Of a stretch of 64,000 nt of DNA, positions 40,503-49,681 are shown piece after piece. The notes under the pieces are model-generated. The model had not been told where the DNA came from, ran no database searches, and worked only from the letters and a program-made list of their open reading frames with translations. The stretch is from positions 1,152,001-1,216,000 of the forward strand of contig CBDAOY010000009.1 of assembly GCA_965198225.1 (NCBI GenBank), written 5' to 3'. A program made the position numbers and the translations under genes. How positions within the stretch are numbered: position 1 is the stretch's first letter; every line of letters starts with the position of its first letter. The stretch comes from Terriglobia bacterium (lineage in GTDB: Bacteria > Acidobacteriota > Terriglobia > 20CM-2-55-15).

Positions 40503-40540
40503 GAGAGGATTCGAACCTCTGACCTCTGGTTCCGGAGACC
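40503..40540 (-). repeat. att site: duplicate of the 3' half of tRNA-Arg(CCG)
   Basis: GAGAGGATTCGAACCTCTGACCTCTGGTTCCGGAGACC matches 51599-51636 with one mismatch. Confidence 0.92.
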
Positions 40541-41677
40541 CTGCGATGCGACTGTGACTGAGCGTCCGGGATTTCGAACGTCTATTACAGGCGTTTGTTC
40601 TCAACCTCTTGGATCAGCCGTTCGATAGTCGGTAGCAACCAGTAGCTGCAGGGGGTGGGCACAGTATTGGGCACAGTCCCGTTCCGGAACTCCGCCTTCA
40701 CAGGCTTCTCCGGGGCCCCTAATTGAAATGACAGAGCCTGCACAGGTAGGCCCAATCCGAGGCTGAAGTGCCGTCAGGCCACAATCCATGTCACAGTTTC
40801 CCGGCAACATCGGATCTCGTCTATTGTCCGTTCCGAGCGATGGCCTTCCACCTGCAGGTTTGGCTTTCTGCGGTTCCAGAAACAACCAGGCTGAAATTGA
40901 GGATTTAAAAGTTTTTAGCCGACACGCTGACGCACCTGACGGTGTTTTTGTAACACCCTTTGCCAGTTACTCCTCTTCTCTCCTTTGGATGAACAGAAGG
41001 AATAGGAAATCTATCGTCAGCATCGTCAGCCGTCAGATCGCCGGAGGCTGCCAGCCGCCGCCCCTCTGCGGACTGCCTGCGATCTTCGTAGGGTGTTCCT
41101 GATAACACCAGCGTCGATGATGCTCCTCGGGTAGCCGTAACACGGGCAAACGGAGCTTGACACCCTTATTATGTCGGAGAGAAAATATTGTTAAGAGGAG
41201 GCTCGATTGTCGGCCTCCGGGCCGCGTAAGACTAGCGGTCGCGATGTCAACTCTTGGCAAGGAGGGACGCTATAGAAGACGCAATACAGGCGAGGCGACC
41301 ACTCGCTGGTTTGCCTGCTTTTTGGCCGTGCCGTTCGTTTCTCGGCCGAGATTGCGATAATCGGTACAGCGGCTGCCCGCCGCCGCGAACAGGCACAAAG
41401 AGCGCGACCATAAACTCAGACTGAACGCCGTAAAGGCACAGTGCGGGATTCCTATCCCATGGGTCGCGGAGCGGGTACGGCTGTGGTCGCCAAATCCTCC
41501 ACCTCTCCAGTACACTCCTCCTCTTGTCATCCTACTGAACACGGACAAATCGACATCCAAGTGACCCAAGTGACATCCAAGTGACTGTTTGATTGTGTCC
41601 AACCCCTGCCTGCCGTAGTATTTACGCAAGTTTTCCAACACATGGCGACGGAGCGCCTGAGAGGCAGCGGACAGCCC

Positions 41678-44323
41678 ATGGCCCTCACGGCAGGAACCCG
41701 ACTCGGCCCACACGAAATCGCCGACCAACTCGGTGCGGGCGGTATGGGAGAGGTGTATCGCGCCACAGACACCCGCCTGGACCGCACCGTCGCCATCAAA
41801 GTCCTTCCCGAACACCTTGCGGATGATCCCCAACGCCGGGAACGCTTCGAGCGCGAGGCCCGCGCCGTCAGCAGCCTGAACCACCCTCACATCTGCACGC
41901 TCCACGACATCGGTGAACAGGACGGGACGCACTACCTCGTGATGGAACTGGTGGAGGGCGACACACTCCAGCAGCGGTTGGAGAAGGGCCGGCTGCCGCT
42001 CGATCAGGCGCTGGAGTATGCCATCCAGATCGCCGACGCACTCGATAAGGCCCACCGGCAGGGTGTGGTGCATCGAGATTTGAAACCCGGCAACATCATG
42101 ATCACGAAGTCGGGGACGAAGTTGTTGGACTTCGGGTTGGCGAAGTTGAAGGGTGATGCCGGTCAAGTCTCGCCGCTCTCTCAGATGCCCACCCAAGACC
42201 CTTCAGCGCCCCTGACAGCAGAAGGCACGATCATCGGCACCCTCCAGTACATGGCCCCTGAACAGTTGGAGGGCAAGGAAGCCGATGCCCGGACGGACAT
42301 CTTCGCGTTTGGTGCGGTCGTCTACGAGATGGTCACGGGGAAGAAGGCGTTTGAGGGTCCAACACAGGCCAGTTTGATCGGTTCGATCATGCAGAGCGAG
42401 CCCCGCTCGATGTCCGAGCTAGTGGAACTGACACCTCGATCGCTCGATCGGCTGATTGCTCGATGCATGACGAAAGACCCCGACGAGCGCTGGCAGACTG
42501 CGCGCGATCTGAAGGTCGAATTGGAGTGGGCCGGGGGCGAGACGCCGCAGGTTCTGCCGGAACCCCTTCAGGTCACCCGTCCGAATCGTGGTGTTTCGAT
42601 TGGAGTGGGGGTCATCCTGGCGTTGGCCGTCTTGTTATTGGTTCCCACCTTCCTCCCACCAAGCGCTCCGCCTCCTTCCTTGCAAGCCTTTGGGATGCAA
42701 ACGCCAGACTCCAGCGGTGCCCCCTTCCACATCGCCATCTCACCGGATGGCAAACGAGCAGCTTTCATTGCGAGAGGACCATCAGGCACCCAGCTCTGGG
42801 TCCGCTCCCTCGACAGTCTGGAAGCGCAGATGATTGACCAGACCGATGGTGCCTACGGTCCATTCTGGTCTTCCGATTCTCGCTTCGTGGGCTTTGTCGC
42901 AAACGGAATGCTCAAGAAGGTGAACCCCGACGGTGGCGGTCCGCAAACCCTCGCAAAGGCGTACAGCGATACGGGGGGGAGTTGGAATGAGGATGGGGTT
43001 GTCCTCTTTAACGGCGATGCTACAGGACTCTACCGCATCTCAGAAGATGGCGGAACTGCCGAGCCTGTCAGCATCCTTGACACGAGTCGTGAGGAAACTG
43101 CTCATGTGTTACCCCAGTTCCTCCCAAACGGGGAGCATTTCCTCTATCTAGCCCAGAGCAGGAATCCTGAATACACGGGAATCTATGTAAGCTCGCTGGC
43201 GGGTTCGTCTGACGCAAAACACATTGTCTCAACAGACCTACAGGCATCTTATGTCGACGGCTATCTGTTGTACGTCGATGGACAGGACTTGCTGGCTCAG
43301 AGTATGGATCTGAGCGCACTCGAACTCGTGGGCGATGTGTACAAAGTCGCCGAAAACATCCGGGTGAATTCGGATAATGGGCGCGCGGGCTTCACGGCCG
43401 CTGATCAGATCCTGTTGTTCAGGGGGGACTTAGATCCGAGGAACGAACTTGGTTGGTATGATCGAAACGGTCTCCGGGTCGAAGTCGTGTCAGAAGGTGA
43501 TGTCGGTGGGCTAAGCCTGTCTCCTAGCGGCACACACCTCGCGTTTCATCAGCGCGACTCTAGACTAGGGTCTACCGACGTGTGGGTGTTGGACTTGGAG
43601 CGCGGTATTCCGACAAAAGAAACGCTCGACCCAACAGGAGAGTTCAACCCCATATGGTCGCCAAATGGCGATCACGTAGTCTACCAGCAGCGTATGACGG
43701 GGACCGCGAATCTGTACGAAAAACGAGTTGGCCAGAGCGGCGATCCGACCTCGTTGCCCAGCGAAGGCATATTCCCGATACCTAGGCATTGGTCTGCCGA
43801 CGGTCGATTCCTCTTCTATGATGGGCCAAGTGGCAGCCGAGATGTTTGGGTCTTGGATCTCGATGGTGATCGCGTACCGACAGTTGTGCTGAATAGCCGG
43901 TTTCATGAGATCGACGCACAGCTATCGCCTAACGCACAGCTATCGCCTAACGGCAGTTGGCTTGCCTACTCGTCCACAGAGTCCGGTGTGCCTGAAGTCT
44001 ATGTCCAGGGCTATCCTGACAGTACTCGTCGAGTACAGATCAGCCAGGGGGGTGGCAATCAACCTCGTTGGCGCGGAGACGGTGAGGAGCTGTTCTATCT
44101 TACATCCGCGAATGAGCTGGTGGCAGTGTCCATGACCGATGGACGACCTTTGGGATCACTTGACGTGCTCTTCCAGGTTGAAACGACGCCGCTATCGTAC
44201 GGAAGCTCCTACGATGTGACCGGGGACGGTCAACGTTTCATCGTCAGCACTACGATCGAAAATCCCTTCAGGGAGCTGATCGTCTTTCTTGGCTGGACCG
44301 CCCTCCTCGAAGACAACCAATGA
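41678..44323 (+). CDS. Hanks-type Ser/Thr kinase with TM segment and TolB/PD40-like beta-propellers (kinase 1)
   Basis: GAGGMGEVY, VAIK, HRDLKPGN, DFG, YMAPE, DIFAFG; TM at VSIGVGVILALAVLLL; SPDG/WSPNG repeats. Confidence 0.95.
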   Translation: MALTAGTRLGPHEIADQLGAGGMGEVYRATDTRLDRTVAIKVLPEHLADDPQRRERFEREARAVSSLNHPHICTLHDIGEQDGTHYLVMELVEGDTLQQRLEKGRLPLDQALEYAIQIADALDKAHRQGVVHRDLKPGNIMITKSGTKLLDFGLAKLKGDAGQVSPLSQMPTQDPSAPLTAEGTIIGTLQYMAPEQLEGKEADARTDIFAFGAVVYEMVTGKKAFEGPTQASLIGSIMQSEPRSMSELVELTPRSLDRLIARCMTKDPDERWQTARDLKVELEWAGGETPQVLPEPLQVTRPNRGVSIGVGVILALAVLLLVPTFLPPSAPPPSLQAFGMQTPDSSGAPFHIAISPDGKRAAFIARGPSGTQLWVRSLDSLEAQMIDQTDGAYGPFWSSDSRFVGFVANGMLKKVNPDGGGPQTLAKAYSDTGGSWNEDGVVLFNGDATGLYRISEDGGTAEPVSILDTSREETAHVLPQFLPNGEHFLYLAQSRNPEYTGIYVSSLAGSSDAKHIVSTDLQASYVDGYLLYVDGQDLLAQSMDLSALELVGDVYKVAENIRVNSDNGRAGFTAADQILLFRGDLDPRNELGWYDRNGLRVEVVSEGDVGGLSLSPSGTHLAFHQRDSRLGSTDVWVLDLERGIPTKETLDPTGEFNPIWSPNGDHVVYQQRMTGTANLYEKRVGQSGDPTSLPSEGIFPIPRHWSADGRFLFYDGPSGSRDVWVLDLDGDRVPTVVLNSRFHEIDAQLSPNAQLSPNGSWLAYSSTESGVPEVYVQGYPDSTRRVQISQGGGNQPRWRGDGEELFYLTSANELVAVSMTDGRPLGSLDVLFQVETTPLSYGSSYDVTGDGQRFIVSTTIENPFRELIVFLGWTALLEDNQ

Positions 44324-47131
44324 CCCCCGGCACCCAACTCGGCAGCTACGAGATCCTCTCCCCGCTCGGCAAGGGTGGTATGGGCGAGGTGTGGCGTGCG
44401 CGGGACTCCAAGCTCGGGCGCGAAGTGGCCATCAAGACGCTTCCCGAAGAGTTCGCCAAAGACGAAGAGCGGCTGGCCCGGTTTGAACGTGAAGCGAAAC
44501 TGCTGGCCTCGCTGAACCATCCCAACATCGCCGCAATCTATGGCCTCGAAGAAGACAACGGCACGCGGTTCCTCGTCCTCGAACTGGTCGAAGGCGACAC
44601 CCTGGCCGATCGGCTCAAGCGCGGCGCGATCCCGGTCGAAGAATCCCTCAAACTCGTACTCCAGATTGCCGAAGCCCTCGAAGCCGCACACGAGAAGGGC
44701 GTCATTCACAGAGATTTGAAGCCCGGAAACATCAAGATCACACCTGACGGTAAGGTCAAGGTGTTGGACTTCGGTTTGGCGAAGGCATTCGCCGTTGACG
44801 GGAGCGAAGCAAACCTGTCCCAGTCGCCGACGTTGAGTCTGGCAGCAACCCAACAGGGAGTGATTCTTGGAACTGCTGCGTATATGTCTCCCGAGCAGGC
44901 CAGAGGTCAGGAAGTGGACAAGCGGGCGGACATTTGGGCGTTCGGTGTCGTGCTGTTCGAGATGCTGATCGGGCGGCAGGTCTATGAAGGCCCCACCGCG
45001 TCCGACATTCTTGCTGGAGTGCTTGCGAGGGAACCGGACTGGAAAAGCCTGCCACCGAACCTGCATCCACGCATTCGGCTGCTCCTTGAGCGTTGCCTGG
45101 AGAAGGAGGCCAAGGACCGGGGCCACGACATTGCGGACGTCCGGGTGGATATTCAGAAGGTACTGGCTGATCCGGGGTTCAGACATGGGACCGCCGATGG
45201 GACGGGGGTCCTTGCGGGCGTCGGTCCGTGGAACCGGCTGACGGTCGCGTTCGCGGCAGTCGCCGCCCTTCTTGTGCTCGTGCTCGGTTGGGCTGTGCAA
45301 TCGCTCCTCCGTCCGATGGAGAAGCCCGTCAGCCGCTACAGCATCGAGTTACCTGTCACGCAGCGGGCCGACGGCCTCGGCTCAAGCGTCGCCGTCTCAC
45401 CGGACGGGACTCAGATGGTCTACGTGGGTCCGGGGGAACAGGGCATACAGCTCTGGCTACGCCGACGTGATCAACTTCAGGCGACGCCCATCGCGGGCAC
45501 CGAGGGAGCGCTGACGCTGAACCCCGTCTTCTCTCCCGACGGTCGGAGGGTGGCCTTCTACGCAAGTGGCGGGGTCCGCGCGGTCTCACTGAGCGGTGGG
45601 TCACCGTTGGCGATCGTGGAGAGCGGCGTTGCACCGGGGGGGCCCGCCTGGGGTCCCGGTGGCTACATCTACTTCCCGGCTCCTGGGGAGACTAGTGCTC
45701 TTTTCCGCGTGCCGGAGACGAGCGGCGAGGTGGAGCCGTTCACCGTGCTCGACACGGCACAGGGCGAGGTGCGTCACATCTGGCCACAGGCGCTCCCCAA
45801 ACGGTCGCGGCGTGCTGTTCACGGTGACCCACCAGCCCGAAGCCGACCCTGGAAGAGCGCCTCCATTCCCGCTTCGAGTGGGGCTACGCGATCAACCGGA
45901 TCAGGACGTCAGCCAGTACGACATTGCGGTAGCGGACATGGAGACCGGGGAGCACGAGGTTCTCGTGCGCGGCGTGTTCGCCCGCTACGCGGCGTCGGGG
46001 CATCTGGTCTACGTGACGGCGGACGGGACGCTCCTGGCCGCTCCGTTCGACCAGGACGGGCTGCAGCTGGCGGGAGACCCAGTGGCGCTGACCGAGGGTG
46101 TAGGTGTGCGCGTGTTCGGTTCGGTCCACCTCGCGCTGTCGAACGACGGCACGCTTGTGTATCAGGCCGGAGATGCGGACACATCAACTGCCAACCGCAT
46201 TCTCTCATTGGTAGACCGTAACGGCGACGTGGAACCCCTCAACGTGCGGCCCGCCCCGTATTTGAGTCCCCGCCTGTCACCGGATGGGACGCAGCTGGCC
46301 GTCCAAACACTCGGCGATGGGCAGAGCGTCGTCTGGGTTTACGATCTGTCTGGTGACACGGCGATTCGGCAACTCACGCAGGAAGGCAACAACAGCCGAC
46401 CCATATGGACGCCTGATGGTGACCGCTTGACCTTCGCTTCAGACAGAGATGGAACCACGAGTCTCTACTGGCAACCCGCAGATGGAAGCGGTGTCGCCGA
46501 GCGGCTGACTACTGCCGAAGAAGGAATCAGCCATTTCCCTGAATCATGGTCCCCCGATGGGAACGTTCTTTCTTTCGTGGTACAACGCGGTCGCCGAGAT
46601 TCCGGTGTATGGACGCTATCGCTTGACGGTGGGGCCATCCCAGAAGTCTTTCATGACCTACCAGAATCCATCGAGTTTGGTTCCTCGTTCTCGCCGGACG
46701 GAAAGTGGCTTGCCTACTATTCGAGTGAGGGTGCGGCGGGGGCGGCAGCCTCTGTTCGGGAGGTTTTCGTACGGCCGTTTCCCGCGACAGGTGCGGTACA
46801 TCAGATTACGCAGAACCGTGGGGTATTTCCTCTCTGGTCGCCTGCCGGAAGCGAGTTGTTCTACCGAAGCACCAGCACTGTGCTTGGGGCGGGAGAGACA
46901 ATATCGGGCGTGGCCGTTTCAACCGATGGCGCTTTTGCATTTGGAAACGAGCAGAGCCTTCCGATACAAGGGTTCATCAATATTGGCACTTATAGGGACT
47001 ACGACATCACGCCTGACGGCGACCGATTCGTGATGATCTTTCCGACGGAACAGACGGAAACCGATGAAGCCCAGATCAACATCGTCCTCAACTGGTTTGA
47101 AGAACTGAAGGAACGGGTGCCGGTGCCATGA
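44320..47131 (+). pseudogene. Ser/Thr kinase-TM-TolB propeller (kinase 2) with a single frameshift near 45798
   Basis: Full kinase motifs in 44320 ORF; an extra base in CCCCAAA shifts WPQALP into NGRGVLF (45596 ORF), which ends NIVLNWFEELKERVP; may be a sequencing indel. Confidence 0.85.
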
Positions 47132-47676
47132 TCGTAACGCTTGCTTTGGTGATTGCCCTGGCCGCCCCCCACCTGGGTGTTTCGCAGGAACGTGCCCCAG
47201 AGCCTCACCACAGACGTTTGTCTGACGAGGTCGGGCTTGCCATGATGAACGTCGAGCTCGACTTCATGGCTCGGGAGTTCGCCATGCGCCGGAAGGAGCT
47301 GGCCAAGGAGCAGTCATTCCTGAAAGACGCCGCTGAGTTCGAGCGGTTGGCCCAGGACCTTGCGACCTACAGATATGCACCGAGTTCCGTGAGTTGGGCT
47401 TCCACAGCCGTGAAGGAGCGAGCTCTCCAGCTGGGCGAGAAGGTGGATTTGATGATCCGTTTCCTCACCGACGATCAGCGTTACGAGGTCTCGACGAGAT
47501 TCGAGAACGAAGGACTCGACGTAAAGCTCAGCGCCCTGGCCGCCCTAACGGACCGGATCGAGTTTCGGCTGGAAGCAATGGTAGCTTCCGATGTAGTCGA
47601 TGTGTCCGGGTTCCAGCAGTTGGTACAGGATCTGGTTATCGTGAAAGGCCTATGCGCAGAGCTGCGGGCAGATTGA
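47128..47676 (+). CDS. Hypothetical secreted alpha-helical protein
   Basis: Signal peptide MIVTLALVIALAA; ATGA overlap with the kinase 2 stop. Confidence 0.7.
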   Translation: MIVTLALVIALAAPHLGVSQERAPEPHHRRLSDEVGLAMMNVELDFMAREFAMRRKELAKEQSFLKDAAEFERLAQDLATYRYAPSSVSWASTAVKERALQLGEKVDLMIRFLTDDQRYEVSTRFENEGLDVKLSALAALTDRIEFRLEAMVASDVVDVSGFQQLVQDLVIVKGLCAELRAD

Positions 47677-47683
47677 ATAAGAG

Positions 47684-48396
47684 ATGATCGGCCAGACCAT
47701 ATCCCACTACAAAGTCCTCGAACAGATCGGGGGCGGAGGTATGGGTGTGGTCTACCGGGCCGAGGACACCTCCCTCCAGCGTCAGGTGGCGTTGAAGTTC
47801 CTGCCTCCCGACATCGTCAACGACCGACAGGCTGTCGAGCGGTTCAAACGAGAAGCCCGTGCGGCGTCCGCCCTCAATCACCCCAACATCTGCACCATCC
47901 ATGAGATCGGTGAACACGAAGGCCAGCCGTTCATCGTGATGGAGTTGATGAAGGGTCAGACGCTCAAGGAGAAGCTGCTACGAGGGCCGTTGAAGACGGA
48001 TGAGCTCAATACTTGCTTGCCTCTGTCTATGCAGCCCAAGGGCGAAACGACGCCATCGAAGAGTTCTTGCGGTGGATCGCGGCGGACGGTGTGGACACCG
48101 ACGAGATCGCTGCCTTTGAGCGGGCCTATAGAAAATCCGGGATGCACGGTTTCTGGGAAACACGAGTGGAACAGCTTGAAGCTCGTGAGCAGGCAGGAGC
48201 CGTTGTGTCCCCTATCGAGCTGGCACATGCTCACGCTGAGCTTGGTCAAGCCGATCAAGCAGTGGAATGGCTGGAACGTGCATACGCGCAGAGGAGTGGT
48301 CGCATCATGTACCTGAAGGTGAGCCCTGAATGGAATAACATCCGTTCCGATCCGCGTTTCCAGGAGCTGGTCGACCGCGTTGGATTCCCGCGGTAG
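47684..48396 (+). pseudogene. Ser/Thr kinase-TPR protein with a large internal deletion (kinase 3)
   Basis: [24 protein letters not shown]...VALKFL...VMELMKG breaks before HRD at about 48010; another frame gives the C-terminal tail AVEWLERAY...[21 protein letters not shown]. Confidence 0.85.
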
Positions 48397-48600
48397 CCCT
48401 CCGACGACCACCAAAACAACCGAGTCCGTCGAGTCATCCCCTGAAATCAACAGTGTAGAGTCGAGGCGGCGAACCGAGTCGGTATCGAGGCAGGCCAGCC
48501 AATGACTCGGCTGCCTCGGTCGTGGCTCGGGTGGGTAACTCGCTTGAGAAGTGATTGATTTTATTGTTGGACTCGATTGACTCGGGGTTTTGCAAGCAGC

Positions 48601-49554
48601 CTACTCCGAGCTCGTGACCTTCAGGAAGAACTCCACGGCGCGTCGCGAGTACTTTTTGAACTCTGGCAGGTGCTCTCCCACGAGCTCTCCAGAGTCGTAC
48701 CGGGAATGCGGGGTCACCGGCCACTCCGTCTCGATCATGTAACCCGCGTCTTCAAGGCTCTGAGCAAAGATCTCTGCCACTTCTAACCTGGGGTCTAGCG
48801 TCCCGCACATCACAAGGAATGGAATCTCTTCTGCACCCTCTTTGGCGGGCAGACCTGCGACCTCTGCGACTCGCGGGTCGAACAACTCGGCCCTGGTGTC
48901 GGGCCAGTCGACACCGTTCTCCGGGTCGGCGAGGAAACTCTTTGGGTCGCCCACCTCACCGACAACGTCAACCAGCAGTCTGCCGTCCGGTGTCGTCCAG
49001 GTTCCTGATCCGAACGGAGCAGCGGCGTGCACGAGTTCCGGGTTCCAGAGAGTGAATCGGTGGGCGAATTGAGCGCCTCGGGAATAGCCCTGCAGTAGTA
49101 TTTTCGGATGGGTTGGAGCCTGAATCCCATTCCGTGCGTCTTCGAGGACCTGGCGGAGAAGAGCGCCGTGACCGAGTACAGGGAAGCGGTTTGCGCCTGA
49201 AGCCTCCAGCGGGAACGATGGGGACACTACGATTGCATCCAAGCCCTGTTCCTGAACCGCTTCCCAGACCTCAATTATCATGGAATTGGTGAGGCCATTT
49301 CCTGCGCCACCGTGCACGCTCACCAGAAGCCAGTAGGTCTTGTCGCGGTCAAAACCCCTTGGGAGGCGGACGAAATACTCCACCTCTTCACCCTCGAAAG
49401 TGATCGTGTTGCGCTGGGGGTCACCTACGACCTCGGGTTGGGTTGCAGCGTCGGTCGTAGCTTCGGGTTCAGGTGCTGTTGCTGGCGTCGATGAACAGGC
49501 TGTGACAACCACCAGGGGGAAGGCGAAGCAGAGGGACATCAGGCGGCGGTTCAT
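48601..49554 (-). CDS. Alpha/beta-hydrolase lipoprotein
   Basis: Lipobox VTAC; LLVSVHGG; GYSRG nucleophile elbow; GTLD and PH motifs. Confidence 0.8.
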   Translation of the reverse strand: MNRRLMSLCFAFPLVVVTACSSTPATAPEPEATTDAATQPEVVGDPQRNTITFEGEEVEYFVRLPRGFDRDKTYWLLVSVHGGAGNGLTNSMIIEVWEAVQEQGLDAIVVSPSFPLEASGANRFPVLGHGALLRQVLEDARNGIQAPTHPKILLQGYSRGAQFAHRFTLWNPELVHAAAPFGSGTWTTPDGRLLVDVVGEVGDPKSFLADPENGVDWPDTRAELFDPRVAEVAGLPAKEGAEEIPFLVMCGTLDPRLEVAEIFAQSLEDAGYMIETEWPVTPHSRYDSGELVGEHLPEFKKYSRRAVEFFLKVTSSE

Positions 49555-49681
49555 GGCGTGTCCTCCAATGGGATGGGATGCTATCGGCAGTGGGGTGGGG
49601 TGTCAACGAATGGACGGAGTACCGAGTGGGGCTCAGATGGACTTAGCAGCTCGCCATGCAAGCCCCCTCGCACTCCTCAGG

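Noticed and set aside
45790-45805. Programmed ribosomal frameshift in kinase 2
   Set aside because: CCCCAAAC is best explained as a single homopolymer indel; no supporting stimulatory structure identified
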